Below are positions 24,535 through 38,041 of a stretch of 64,000 bases of DNA, in pieces (within the stretch, counting starts at the first letter, position 1; each line of letters begins with the position of its first letter). The stretch is from assembly GCA_038087875.1 (NCBI GenBank), contig CM075989.1, positions 24,306,001-24,370,000 on the forward strand, given 5' to 3'. The position numbers and the translations under genes were made by a program. The DNA comes from Malacoraja senta (lineage: Eukaryota). The notes below the pieces were generated by a model. The model worked only from the letters and a program-made list of their open reading frames with translations. It had not been told where the DNA came from and did no database searches.

Positions 24535-25527
24535 CTATTTACAATATACATCAATGATTTGGATGAAGGGATTCAAAGTAACATTAGCAAATTTTCAGAT
24601 GACACAAAGCTGGGTGGTAGTGTGAACTGTGAGGAGGATGCTATGAGAGTGCAGGGTGACTTGGACAGGTTGGGGGAGTGGGCAGATGCATGGTAGATGA
24701 ATTTTAATGCGGATAAATGTGAGGTTCTCCACTTTGGTAGCAAAAACAGGAAGGCAGATTACTATCTAAATGGCGTCAAGTTGGGAAAAGGGGAAGTACA
24801 ACAGGATCTGGGGGTCCTTGTACATCAGTCTATGAAAGTAAGCATGCAGGTACAGCAGGCAGTGAAGAAAGCGAATGGCATGTTAGCCTTTATAATAAGA
24901 GGAGTTGAGTATAGGAGCAAAGAGGTCCTTCTGCAGTTGTACAGAGCCCTAGTGAGACCACACCTGGAGTATTGTGTACAGTTTTGGTCCCCTAATTTGA
25001 GGAAGGACATTCTTGCTATTGAGGGAGTGCAGCGTAAGTTTACAAGGTTAATTCCCGGGATGGCGGGACTGTCATATGCCGAGAGAATGGAGCAGCTGGG
25101 CTTGTACACTCTGGAGTTTAGGATGAGTGGGGATCTCATTGAAACATATAAGATTGTTAAGGGTTTGGACACGCTAGAGGCAGGAAACATGTTCCCGATG
25201 TTGGGGGAGTCTAGAGCCAGGGGCCACAGTTTAAGAATAAGGAGTAAGCCATTTAGAACGGAGACGAGGAAACACTTTTTCTCACAGAGAGTGGTGAGTC
25301 TGTGGAATTCTCTGCCTCAGAGGGCGGTGGAGGCAGGTTCTCTGGATGCTTTCAAGAGAGAGCTAGATAGGGCTCTTAAAAATAGCGGAGTCAGGGGATA
25401 TGGGGAGAAGGCAGGAACGGGGTACTGATTGGAGATGATCAGCCATGATCACATTGAATGGCGGTGCTGGCTCGAAGGGCTGAATGGCCCACTCCTGCAC
25501 CTATTGTCTATTGTCTATTGTCTATTG
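24535..25527 (+). mobile_element. CR1-like LINE, 5'-truncated, about 1 kb, covering the RT C-terminal region
   Basis: FSDDTKLGG motif and ORF 24697-25428 (LYRALVRPHLEYCVQFWSP...RGHSLRI...FSQRVV), ending in (CTATTGT)n. Confidence 0.95.
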
Positions 25528-26189
25528 AGCATGAGTTCATAAATTCTCGGAGCAGATTTAGGCCTTATCCCTCTTCATAAGATCGTAAGATCATAAGTGA
25601 TAGGAGTAGAATTAGGCCATTCGGCCCATCAAGTCCACTCTGCCATTCAATCATGGCAGATCCCTCTCTCCCTGCTAACCCCATTCTCCTGCCTTCACCC
25701 CATAACCTCTGACACCCGCCATGAATTGTCTTATTGATCTCGAGTTCTGTGCCAAACGAGCAATCACGTGTGAAGATGGAATGAAACACAGATCGGTTCT
25801 GCTTCCTCTAACCTTTGTCCCACCAGCTGTACACATACCTGTTATATTTGATTGTTTTTGATAAAGTGTGGATTTAGCTACCTCTGCAAATAATCCTCTC
25901 CAGAGCTGCTTCCCCTCCACCAACCCCAACAGTAGCTGGATGATAAATTGTCATTGCAGTGCTGACACGCCAGAAACAAATCCTTTGAAGCACAAAATTG
26001 AAACAGATGATAACTATAAGTCTGGAGAGAGAAATGATGAGAGCTACGAACCAATGACAACAGGATTCTGTAGCTACCCTTCAGCATCTCCCATTGCCAC
26101 AGAATTTCATCAAGAATATTAGTGATCAGTGTCGGTAACAATTTCCTCTTGGCAACCTTGCTTCAGTGTAATGCACTCATCAAATTATT

Positions 26190-26487
26190 GGTGCAACAGT
26201 GGAGTTGCTGCCTGACAGTGCCAGAGACCCGGGTTCCATCCTGACTACAGATGCTGTCTGTGCGGAGTTTGTGCGTTCTCCCTGTGACCGGGTCGGCTTT
26301 CTCCGGGTGCTCCGGTTTCCTCACACACTCCAAATACATTCAGGTTTGCAGGTTAATTGGCTTCTGTAAAGATTGTAGATTGGCCCTAGCGTGTAGGATA
26401 TAGTGCCAGTGTGCGGGGATCGCTGGTTGGCGTGGACTCGATGGGCCGAAGGGCCTCTTTCCATGCTGTATCTCTAAACTAAACCAA
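26190..26487 (+). mobile_element. V-SINE (HE1-like)
   Basis: Head, V-domain and tail motifs. Confidence 0.85.
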
Positions 26488-26923
26488 AAGTCAGATGCAG
26501 CCAGTTGCATCAATGAGTTACGATTTTGTCAATGCTCATGAGACAGATGACAAATGTATCAGGAGTGATGGGAAGGGTTTGTGCATTTCACCTTGAGCTC
26601 AGCCAACTAATGCAGTGTGACTTCCTGCGTTGTTACACGACTACATGTGAAGTGGGCATTACTCTTACACCCATTCATGAATGATCTGATGACAATGGTT
26701 GTTCAGTCTATCGTTCAATGGTTGTAAGGCATTAGCACACTCTGTGAGAGTTATAGCGTCATACAGCATGGAAACAGGCCCTTCGGCCCAACTGGCCCAT
26801 GCTCATTAACATGCCCCATTTACACTCGTCTCAGTGTTTAGCCCATATCCCTCCAAACCTATCCTATCCATGTACTTGTCCAAATATTTTGTAAACATTG
26901 TGATCGTACCTGTCTCAACTACC

Positions 26924-27456
26924 AAATCTGAGGAAGGACATTATAGCCATAGAGGGAGTGCAGAGAAGGTTCACCAGACTGATTCCTGGGATGTCAGGAC
27001 TTTCATATGAAGAAAGACTGGATAGACTTGGCTTATACTCGCTAGAATTTAGGAGATTGAGAGGGGATCTTATAGAAACTTACAAAATTCTTATGGGGTT
27101 GGACAGGCTAGATGCAGGAAGATTGTTCCCGATGTTGGGGAAGTCCAGGACAAGGGGTCACAGCTTAAGGATAAGGGGGAAATCCTTTAAGACTGAGATG
27201 AGAAAAAACTTTTTCACACAGAGAGTGGTGAACCTCTGGAACTCTCTGCCACAGAGGGTAGTTGAGGCCAGTTCATTGGCTATATTTAAGAGGGAGTTAG
27301 ATGTGCCCCTTGTGGCTAAAGGGATCAGGGGGTATGGAGAGAAGGCAGGTACGGGATACTGAGTTGGATGATCAGCCATGATCATATTGAATGGCGGTGC
27401 AGGCTTGAAGGGCTGAATGGCCTACTCCTGCACCTATTTTCTATGTATCTATGTAT
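26924..27456 (+). mobile_element. CR1-like 3' fragment nested in an oppositely oriented CR1 fragment (about 26750-27735)
   Basis: Uninterrupted ORF 26958-27362. The host ...CAACTACC|TCCTCC is split, with CTACC on both sides. Confidence 0.88.
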
Positions 27457-28094
27457 CTACCTCCTCCGGCAGCTTGGTCCATATACCTACCACCCTTTGT
27501 ATTAAAAAAGTTGCCCTCAGGTTCTTGTTAAATCTTCCCCCCCGCACCTCAAATGTATGTCCACTGTTTTTTATTCCTCTGCCCTGGGTAAAAGACTCTG
27601 TGCGTTTACCCTATCTGTTCCTCTCATCATCTTATACACCTCGATAAGATCTCCCCTCATCCTCCTGCTCTCCAAGGAAGAAAGTCCCAGCCGGCCCAAC
27701 ATCTCCCAATAGCTCAGGCCCTCCGTCATGCCAACATCCACCTGAAGCCATTTTAATATTCCTTCCCATTACCAAATAACCCATCTCCCCAAATGTAGAG
27801 CCTATCCTATGGCACAGTTCTGTACCATGACTTCAACGGTGAATGTTGGTCATGAATGTCAAGCACTATCTCCACCTGGGACCATTGCCATTGTGTGCTA
27901 TGCCGTGGTATCAGTAGGTGCCATGTGGGACTGGGATAACCCTGGTCATCCATTGTTTTCCTCATCCAGAGTAAGGTCAGCTTTAGTAAACCGCCCATCG
28001 GCAGAGATCAGCTTCTTCAGTTGTAAAACACAGGACTCTCTTTCATCACGGACGAAATGTAATATTGACCATTGACCATGTAAATAAATTTGAG

Positions 28095-28405
28095 GAGGCG
28101 TGATGGTGCAGCGGTAGAATCACTGCCTCACAGCGCCAGAGACCAATGTTCGATCCTGACAATGGGTATTATATGTACAGAGTTTATACGTTCTCCTGTG
28201 ACCCAATGGGTTTTCTCCGGGTGCTCCGGTTTCCTCCCACGCTCCAAAGACGTGCAGGTTTGTAGGTTAATTGGCCTTTGTGAATTTCCCCTAGTGTGTA
28301 GGATGCAAAAGTGGGATAACATAGAACTAGTGTACAGGTGATTGCTGGTCGGCGTGGACTAGGTGGGCCGAAGGGCCTGTTTCCATGCTGTGTCTCTAAC
28401 CTAAA
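28095..28405 (+). mobile_element. V-SINE (HE1-like)
   Basis: Head, V-domain and tail motifs. Confidence 0.85.
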
Positions 28406-29844
28406 CGAAATGCTTTTCAATATATTCAGTTGAGTATAAAGTTATGTAATCTCAGAAACCAGCAATGTACCAAAACAAATGATTTTCTCCTGATAACAGC
28501 AAGCTAATAGTATTGGGATCACATTATAGGATGACATTGAACAGAAAAATAGAGGAACAAAACATAAATAAACTTTTTTTGGCCCAGCAGATGTGGAACA
28601 CAAAACAATAATAAATTTTTCATGATATGTGATATTACAGTTATTAGGTTAAGTGTACTTTGAAGAAACTCTTCTTGTACATCCTGATTAATATGTCCCC
28701 AAGATATCGTTATTATTCAATTGTTCTATAATTCTTTCCAGTCAATAGCTTGGTCAATATAAGGATTGCTGTCTTGATCATGTTTGTATTAAAAAGCAGT
28801 TAAATTGAGATTTAATAGCCTACAAATTCTTCCAGGCCAGCAAATGCATATACATGGGACAGCCTGTGAGTGCTGAACAGTTACATGGAATTAGATACTG
28901 TAGACGTACCCACCTCCTCACCCTCCCCCAACCTCACCCTCCCCTTTCCCCAACCCCCACCCCCTCCCCTCCTCCACCCACCCCCACCCTGTCTTTGTGA
29001 AGTGGTTACCATGTTATGCCAGTCCACTGTTGCCCGTTGATCATCCCACCAAGGATCAAAGCCCTGACTGTTGTAGTTACCAGACTGCAAACAGCAAGAT
29101 ACAAAACACCGTTGTACATCAATGTATCAATCTAAATGGAAATATCGCAAAGAAATGTTTGTATAATTACTATAAATGTGCATCTGTGTACTGAAGTCAT
29201 GCCAAAACTATCGTAGTTTAATATGAGGCTGTTTGGGGAACAATAAATCCACTTGATTCCTTGGCATAAACACCATGAGCTGGATTTCAGGCCCCTGTCT
29301 GGTATTCATTTAATAGTTTAACACATTTTTACAACCATGTAATGCATATCATATTCCCTGTTAGCAAAGCAAAATTTGGTTCCTGGACTAAAATTTAGGA
29401 ATTCACTTTAACATTTTGCTCATCTCTTCAATAAATTAGTGGCAGTCTTTTTTTTTAACATATTTTGAGGTTGTGCCAAGATCAAAGATAATTGGATAAA
29501 ACTGTGGGAAAATGTTGAGGCACAGATAACTTATGCAACTGGAAATACATCTTTCTCCATGTTTATTTCTACAAGTTTCTAAACCTACAATGATAATGAC
29601 TCACCGTTTTATTTCCATCCATTACTGTTGAGTACACTTGCCTGTGGTACCACCAGGAAGAAATCCTTTTTTGTCCTTTTTCCTCTCCGTAACAGCTCTA
29701 ACCACTCGTTCCGGAAACAAAAGAACATTCAAAGACGGCGGCCAAACTATCTGCTTTCTTTATGCTTTTTTTTCTAACTTGGGTAATATTGTGCCAGATG
29801 TGTGCAGAGTCCAGTGTAGATGGGGCATGTTGGTCAGTGTGGAT

Positions 29845-30105
29845 GGAACTGCAAATGCTGGTTTATACCGAAGATGGACACAACATGCTGGAGTAACTCA
29901 GCGGTCCAGGCAGCATCTCTGGAGGAAAAGGATGTGATGTTTTGGGTTGGAACCCTGCTTCAGACTGAAAGTCGAGGGGTTTCACCGCCCCCACCCCCAC
30001 CCCTATTTTCAGTGTGAAGAAGTGTTCCAAATATAAAGGTCACTCATCCATTTTCTCCAGAGGTGCTGCCTAAACCGCTGTGTTACTCCAGAGCTTTGTG
30101 TCTAC
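29845..30105. mobile_element. Degenerate Penelope-terminal hairpin element
   Basis: Inverted arms of the GCTGGAGTAACTCAGC family. Confidence 0.65.
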
Positions 30106-30257
30106 CACCAAACATGTACATCTTTTCCAACCTCACTGCAAATCTCTTATTATGATGTTAGTGGCATCCTCTTCAGAGAGGACTTGCCCCTGATCCCTTT
30201 ACTGATTCAAAATTGATCCGCTCTACCTGTGACCTTTGCTCTATTTTCTGGCTTCAC

Positions 30258-30590
30258 TCAAGATTCAAGATTCAAGGGAGTTTATTGTCATGTGTCCCTG
30301 ATAGGACAATGAAATTCTTGCTTTGCTTCAGCACAACAGAACATAGTAGGCATTGACTACAAAACAGATCAGTGTGTCCATATACCATTATATAAATATA
30401 TACACACATGCATAAATAAACTGATAAAGTGCAAATAACATATAATGGGCTATTAATGTTCAGAGTATTGTCCGAGCCAAGTTTAATAGCCTGATGGCTG
30501 TGGGGAAGTAGCTATTCCTGAACCTGGTCGTTGCAGTCTTCAGGCTCCTGTACCTTCTACCTGAAGGTAGCGGGTAGATGAGTGTGTGGG
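30258..30590 (-). mobile_element. Rex1/Babar-like LINE 3' end
   Basis: Minus strand reads PLPSGRRYRSLKTATTRFRNSYFPTAIRLLN, with a (TCTTGAA)n tail. Confidence 0.75.
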
Positions 30591-32803
30591 CACTCTTCAC
30601 TGAATTAGCAAAATTTGATTGAAGACCAATCAATCCAATACACTAGTTCAATAAGGAAAGACATACAGACCAAAGTCATGACTACATGGTCAGTTGTAGG
30701 TAAACTCGGAGAATTTGCAGGTACCACGTTATTGCAAAGTAATGTTTATGAAACATTTAGACAGTTACATGGATAGGACAGGTTTACAGTGATATGGGCC
30801 AAACTCAGGCAGGTGGGCCAAGTGTAGTTGGGACATTTGGGCAGTGTGGGCAAGATGGGCTGAAGGGCCTGTTTCCATACACTATGACTAATTTATTATT
30901 TGGTGTGCCGTAACAAGGCATTTAGGAATTGTTGGTTTAGTCGAAGTCAGAAAGGATAAACTTAATGTTTGACAAATTATTTGGATTGCTTTGAAGCAGC
31001 AGCCAGTTGAATATATAAAAGTTACATGGTTGATGTAACATAAATGAATCTTCATGTCTTTGATAAATATCTTGCTAGAGGCTAGTTTCTAGAGGACAAA
31101 CAGTGCAATGTAAATAGATAAATGTGGGGGGAAGCACAGTGATGGAACGTGACAACAAGTGGGCAGGAATAATGAGATGAATGTAAGCAGTTCATAAACA
31201 TAACAGTCCAGGTAAAAAGTGCCAAAACCATCAGCCAGAAATATGGAGCTCATCAGTGGCAACAGAAAGTACAAGTAAATAAGTGATAATAATGTACAGA
31301 AACGTTGGCAAGGTCACGGTGCAGTTTGCAATCTTCAACAGTTTATTTGCATTATCACTTAAACCGGTAATTTCCTCTCTGCCGATGCTAATGGTTGGTG
31401 TATGAAGGCAGGCCAGTGAAGCAAAATGTACTTTGTAGCTGAGATTCACCGTGTTGATGCTGAGCTTGGAGCACGATGCTGAAAGACACGAGAAGCTGCT
31501 TTTCAGTGAAGTGCAGGAAGCTAAGAGGAGATTTAATGTTTTGTTTAAAATTACGAAACACTGCAATCGTGAAACAAGGTGACTGGGGCATGAGGTCGAC
31601 GCACGGAACTGCAGATGCTGGCTTACAAAAGAAAATGGCACAGAGTGCTGGAGTAACTCAGCAGGTCAGGCAGCATCTCTGGAGAACATGGATAGGTGAC
31701 GTTTCGGATCAGGACCTTTCTTCAGACTGATCCGGGTGTATGGGGAGAAGGCGGGAGAATGGGGTTAGGAGGGAGAGATAGATCAGCCTTGATTGAAAGG
31801 CGGCATAGACTTGATGGGCCAAATTCCCAAGGAACTTATGAGCCCATGCTTTCCGTCGCATAACTGAGCTAGTTCCACTTGGAACTAGTGGACCCTTTGA
31901 TCCCTCCATTTATGTTCTATCCAGGTAATACTGTCCACATGTCTTTTATATGTTGTAATTACAGCTGCCTCCACCACTTCCTCTGGCAACCCATTCCACA
32001 TTCGCACCACCCTTTGTGTGAAATACTTGCCCCAAACCAGATCGCTTTCAAATCTTTTCTTCTTTCATCTTAAAACTGCTCCTTCCTGGTTTACATTGAC
32101 CTACTCTGGGGAATAGACCATGGCTCATTCCTGATGGTTTTATGTACCTCTATAGGGTCAACCACCCACCTCTTACACTCCAGGGAGAACAGACCCAGCC
32201 TATCCAGCCTCTCCTTATAACTCAAACCATTCACTAGTCCATTCCTTGACATGTTATCAGCCAAGGATAATTATTGGTAAACTCAGCCCATCGGATGTGT
32301 GCGTGGTGCAACAGGTTGTCTTTGAGTCTTGTTGGTTTGTGACACTGAAAGTGAGATAATGTTAAAAGTATATTTAGAATAATCACAAGAATTTGTAGAT
32401 TTTTATCAATGAGTTGCTGTTAGTTTTTGTGTAAGGTTGACAGGAATCCTAAAGAAGGCCGGCACGTGGAGCAGAGGTAGAGTTGCTGCCTCCCAGCGCC
32501 AGAGACCCGACTACGGGTGCTGCCTGTACGGGGTTTATACCTTCTCCCCGTGACCTCGTGGGTTTTCTCTGGGTGCTCTGGTTTCCTCCCACACTCCAGA
32601 GACCCGCAGTTTTCCAGCTTAATTGACTTCTGTAAATTGCTCTGTTGTAGTGTAAGCTTACAATACAACATAACTATTTGTCAAATTAAAGATAGATTTA
32701 CCGTTTTGTAGTAGAATTAACTTTCCTGATTGATTGTGGGCTTAAAAAAAATTTAGTATGTGGACCAAAATACGGGGGAGGGGTGAGACTGGTCCTTGAT
32801 GAC

Positions 32804-34159
32804 GCTGCTGGCCTTGCCGAGGCAGCATGAGGTGCAGGTGGAGTCAGTGGAAGGGAGGTTGGTTTGTGTGATGGTCTGGGCTGCTGGCCTTGCCGAGGCA
32901 GCATGAGGTGCAGATGGAGTCAGTGGAAGGGAGGGTGGTTTGTGTGATGGTCTGGGCTGCTGGCCTTGCCGAGGCAGCATGAGGTGCAGATGGAGTCAGT
33001 GGAAGGGAGGGTGGTTTGTGTGATGGTCTGGGCTGCTGGCCTTGCCGAGGCAGCATGAGGTGCAGATGGAGTCAGTGACAGGGAGGTTGGTTTGTGTGAT
33101 GGTCTGGGCTGCTGGCCTTGCCGAGGCAGCATGGGGTGCAGATGGAGTCAGTGACAGGGAGGTTGGTTTGTGTGATGGTCTGGGCTGCTGGCCTTGCCGA
33201 GGCAGCATGGGGTGCAGGTGGAGTCAGTGACAGGGAGGTTGGTTTGTGTGATGGTCTGGGCTGCTGGCCTTGCCGAGGCAGCATGGGGTGCAGGTGGAGT
33301 CAGTGACAGGGAGGTTGGTTTGTGTGATGGTCTGGGCTGCTGGCCTTGCCGAGGCAGCATGGGGTGCAGGTGGAGTCAGTGACAGGGAGGTTGGTTTGTG
33401 TGATGGTCTGGGCTGCTGGCCTTGCCGAGGCAGCATGAGGTGCAGATGGAGTCAGTGACAGGGAGGTTAGTTTGTGTGATGGTCTGGGCTGCTGGCCTTG
33501 CCGAGGCAGCATGAGGTGCAGGTGGAGTCAGTGACAGGGAGGTTGGTTTGTGTGATGGTCTGGGCTGCTGGCCTTGCCGAGTCAGCATGGGTGCAGGTGG
33601 AGTCAGTGACAGGGAGGTTGGTTTGTGTGATGGTCTGGGCTGCTGCCTTGCCGAGGCAGCATGGGGTGCAGGTGGAGTCAGTGACAGGGAGGTTGGTTGT
33701 GTGATGGTCTGGGCTGCTGGCCTTGCCGAGGCAGCATGAGGTGCAGATGGAGTCAGTGACAGGGAGGTTAGTTTGTGTGATGGTCTGGGCTGCTGGCCTT
33801 GCCGAGGCAGCATGAGGTGCAGGTGGAGTCAGTGACAGGGAGGTTGGTTTGTGTGATGGTCTGGGCTGCTGGCCTTGCCGAGGCAGCATGAGGTGCAGAT
33901 GGAGTCAGTGACAGGGAGGTTGGTTTGTGTGATGGTCTGGGCTGCTGGCCTTGCCGAGGCAGCGTGAGGTGCAGATGGAGTCAGTGGAAGGGAGGTTGGT
34001 TTGTGTGATGGTCTGGGCTGCTGGCCTTGCCGAGGCAGCGTGAGGTGCAGATGGAGTCAGTGGAAGGGAGGTTGGTTTGTGTGATGGTCTGGGCTGCTGG
34101 CCTTGCCGAGGCAGCGTGATGTGCAGATGGAGTCAGTGGAAGGGAGGTTGGTTTGTGTG
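32804..34159 (-). repeat. 76-bp minisatellite, about 18 copies, amplified from Rex1/Babar-like coding sequence
   Basis: ORF track shows a 76-nt period. The unit encodes ITQTNLPSTDSICTSCCLGKASS and continues into non-repeated VIKDQSHP. Confidence 0.92.
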
Positions 34160-34749
34160 CGTCCACAATTATCATCAGTCACTTTGAGGACAAACACACA
34201 AAATCCTTCATAAAAGCCCAGTGTGGGTGGGGTGCAGCTATCCACAAAGTCTCCTCACCCCCACCACCTGACTTTGGCATCTTAGAAACATAGAAAAATA
34301 GGTGCAGGAGTAGGCCATTCGGCCCTTCGAGCCACCACTGCCATTCAATATGATCATGGCTGATCATCCAGAATCAGTACCCCTTCCTTCTTTCGCCCCA
34401 CATTCCTTCATTCCGTTAGCCCTAAGAACTCTATCCAACTCTCTCTTGAAAACATCCAGTGAATCGGCCTCCACTGCCTTCTGTGGCAGAGAATTCCACA
34501 GATTCACAACTCTCAGGGTGAAAAATTTTTCCTCATCTCTGTCCTAAATGGCCGACCTCACATCCCAGAATAAATACGTAAATCACTGCCACCCGCTATT
34601 GAAGATTTAATAAATCATAATTTTAAAATGTTTTACTGTTTCATAAAAAGGTGTTCAGTACAAAGATCCTGGAGCCTGGGACACAGCTAATATCTCTCAC
34701 TGACACAGTAGTGATCTCATTATTTCATTATCAATAAATGTAACAGCGT

Positions 34750-35240
34750 AGAGACCCAAAAAGCTGGAGTTACTCAGCGGGACAGGCAGCGTCTCAGGAG
34801 GGAAGGAATGGGTGACGTTTCGGGTCAAGACCTTTCTTCAGACTGGTTAGTGATAGGGGAAACGAGAGATGCAGATGATAATCTTGAGAGATAAAGAACA
34901 ATGAATGAAAGATAAGCAAAAAAGTCAGGATGATAAAGGAAACAGGCCGTTGTTAGCTGTTTGTTGGGTGAAAACGAGAAGCTGGTGTGACTTGGGTGGG
35001 GGAGGGATAGAGAGAGAGGGAAAGCTGGGGTTCCTTGAAGTTAGAAACATCAAAATTGATACCACTGGGCTGTAAGCTGCCGAAAAGAAATATGAGATGC
35101 TGTTCCTCCAATTTGCGTTTAGCCTCACTCTGACAATGGAGGAGACTGAGGACAGAAAGGTCAGTGTGGGAATGGGAAGGAGAATTAAAGTGGTTAGCAA
35201 CCGGGAGATCAGGTTGGTTGAGGCGGGCTGAGCGCAGGTG
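34750..35240 (-). mobile_element. Penelope-like element 3' end: GIY-YIG C-terminus plus terminal repeat
   Basis: ORF 34953-35246 with HLRS..PDLPVANHFNSPSHS..RKLEEQHLIF..LQPSGIN. Confidence 0.85.
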
Positions 35241-35609
35241 GACCACATTACTGGTGAGTTCACACCCACAGCTGTCTGGGCCAGAGTTATGTTACAACTG
35301 CCTTCTACCTCACGCTGTTCAGTGACCAAGCACTGATTTTGTATTCTACAGAGACACCAGGTGGTAGAATCTGTGTTCTCTCAGCATTAGTAAAAACTCC
35401 AGCATTGAAAGCAAAAAGACACCTCTGCTATAAAGCTACACGTCCTCACAGAGAATGCTGGAGATACTGAGCAGGTGAAGCAGCGTCTGTGGAGGATGGA
35501 ACTGTTCTAACGTTCCAGGCTTGAGATTCTTTCTTCCATCACAGATACATGTGCAAAAAACCCAAAATCTTTAGAACAAGTCAGAGAATCAGAAGGACCC
35601 CAAAATGTA

Positions 35610-35812
35610 CAGGAAGGAACTGCAGATGTTGGTTTAAACCGAAGAAAGACACAAAATGCTGGAGTAACTCAGCGGGACAGGCAGCATCTCTGGAGAGAAG
35701 GAATGGGTGACGTTTCAGGTTTCTGAAGAAGGGTCTCGACCCAGAACGTCACCCATTCCTTCTATCTAGAGATTCTGCCTGTCCCGCTGAGTTACTGCAG
35801 CATTTAGTGTCA
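35610..35812. mobile_element. Penelope-terminal hairpin element
   Basis: Inverted arms around ctgaagaagggtctcgaccc. Confidence 0.75.
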
Positions 35813-36969
35813 ATCAAAGCTTTTCACTGTTCCTCAGTACACGTGACAATAAACTAAACAGATTTCCTCATGATCTTATGCTGCTTTCATTTTAACCTCA
35901 TTTTCCCAGCCACATTCCAGGACATCCTGCTTCTTGGATCAGTTTTTTACGAGGAAACTTGCGAGGACCAATTGAGAATTAGTTAGTCGGCCATTGAGAA
36001 GTCATAATATCTCCCTTGCTCCAAAACAATACAAGGTTTAGTTGCTGAAAAGCTATTTCTGAGCTGCTGCTGCACACAGGTTAGAAACGTAGGCAGCCAA
36101 CTATAAATATGTGGATTTCAAATATGTTTGAAACATTACACCTAGAAGAGATAAGACTCCTCCTGGCAGGTAAACCAGATCACTTCCACCTGACGTGGTC
36201 TGCATTTATAGAATTATTACAAACATATGGTGCAAAAAAAATTGAGGTCAGGTAAGGGGGGATGCTAGTTGAAGAGTTGGTATGTCCCATTTACGTAATT
36301 CTCATAAAAATATTTGTTTCTCACTTTTTCCTCTTTCTCTCTCTCTTTCTTTCCTAGGGTCTATTTCTTAACTCTTTGTCTTTTGTTTTTAATTTTGCTC
36401 TTATAGGGTTTTCGTCCTTTTTTGTTGTCACATTTCCTACACTTTCACTTTTTCCTTCACTTTCTTCTTTCTTTCAATCTTTTCCTTTTCTAGTGTAAAA
36501 AATAAATGGAGTACATTAATTGTAAGAAGACATAAGTGACGAGTACTAATGTATGTGGTTGTAATGTAATGTACTTCTAATAAATAAAAATTAAAAAAAA
36601 AAAAAAAAAGAAACGTAGGCAGGGGATTGTGTTCAGGAGTAAATTACAGAGATTTATCAACTGAAATCCTCTAGTGCAGCCTGTGTGATGTCAGCTTTGA
36701 CCTTTATCTATTTATTACCCACAGTGAATTTGCACTCTGTTGTACCGAGGTAGAAACTCCGAGATTCTTCGCCAACAACATCATCCAGGTTTACATTCTG
36801 TTGCAGGGCTGCAGCTGATTAGATCTTCCGTTGCAAGTTATCGACATTCTATTCAAATAAATCTGAACTAATGAAACCTTCAGCAGCCACATCTATGCAT
36901 TGGTATGAGAGTGTATATTATCTTGCTGGCAGACCTGTGCCAACCACTATGTTTCTTCCACTTTATCAG

Positions 36970-37180
36970 ATGGGACTCCAGACTGTGGAAACAATGCAGT
37001 GCAACCTGTGGGGTCGGCTTGCAAACCAGGGAGGTTTTCTGCAAACGAATGGTGACACACCACCTCGAGGACTTTGTCAGAGTCGCTGATGAGGAATGCT
37101 CGGATCCAAAGCCCCCTGAAGTACAGGCCTGCAATCAGCTAGATTGTCCACCATCCTGGCATCGTGGAGACTGGCACCCG
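36970..37180 (+). CDS. ADAMTSL3: ADAMTSL3 exon, TSP1: WDSRLWKQCSATCGVGLQTREVFC...CNQLDCPPSWHRGDWHP
   Basis: tcAG/GTATGT. Lies in ORF 36905-37222, phase 2 to 0. Follows an intron of about 20.4 kb. Confidence 0.95.
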
Positions 37181-37671
37181 GTATGTAAAACTCCATCAAC
37201 ACTTCATCTCAATAGACAATAGACAATAGGTGCAGGAGTAGGCCATTCGGCCCTTTGAGCCAGCACTGCCATTCAATGTGATCATGGCTGATCATCCCCA
37301 ATCAGTACCCCGTTCCTGCCTTCTCCCCATATCCCCAGATTCCACTATCTTGAAGAGCCTTATCTAGCTCTCTCTTGAAAGTATCCAGCGAACTGGCCTC
37401 AACCAGAAAAGGGTCTCAACCGGAAAACCCCTTGTCGTCCTCAACAGTTCAGTGGTTCAATGAGGTTTATTTGTCTCAGGTGCAACTGCCAAGTGAAATT
37501 CCTTCTGCATATTCACACGTGTGGGCGACCCCATGTTTTGGCGCCGTTTCCAAAGTCCAAAGTCCACCCGCACGCTCGGTCTACTGGAGCGGTTCCTGAT
37601 CCAGGCGAGCCCCAGGCTGCTGCAGGGCCTTCCTCCATCACCCTCGACCGGTTCGTCCCGTGAACCGATGT

Positions 37672-38041
37672 TCCTCTCTTCTCCTCTCCTCTCCTCTCCT
37701 CTCCTCTCCTCTCCTCTCCTCTCCTCTCCCCTCCATTCCTCACTTCTCCTCTCCTCTCCTCTCCTCTCTCTCCTCTCCTCTCCTCTCCTCTCCTCTCTCT
37801 CCTCCTCTCCTCTCCTCTCCTCCTCTCTCCTCTCCTCTCTCTCCTCTCCTCTCCTCTCCTCTCCTCTCCTCTTCTCTCCTATCCCCGCTTCTCCTCGACT
37901 CTCCCCTCCCCTCCTCCTCTCCTCTCCTCTCCTATCCCCCCCTCTCCTCTCTTCTCCTATCCCCCCCTCTCCTCTCTTCTCCTATCCTCTCCTCTCCTCT
38001 CTTCTCCTATCCTCTCCTCTCTTCTCCTATCCTCTCCTCTC
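37672..38041 (+). repeat. (CTCCT)n polypyrimidine microsatellite
   Basis: Read directly. Accounts for the SSPLL ORFs. Confidence 0.95.

Noticed and set aside
26030..26090. ATGATGA as a possible C/D snoRNA box C
   Set aside because: No suitably placed CTGA box D or terminal stem.
32698..34245. Stack of about 70-145 aa repeated ORFs, or a CRISPR-like array
   Set aside because: Head-to-tail 76-bp units with no unique spacers, derived from a LINE, in a eukaryotic intron with no cas genes.
16545..36969. Nested gene in the 20-kb intron
   Set aside because: The recognisable ORFs are repeat-derived and I found no consistent exon chain. A short ncRNA cannot be excluded by eye.
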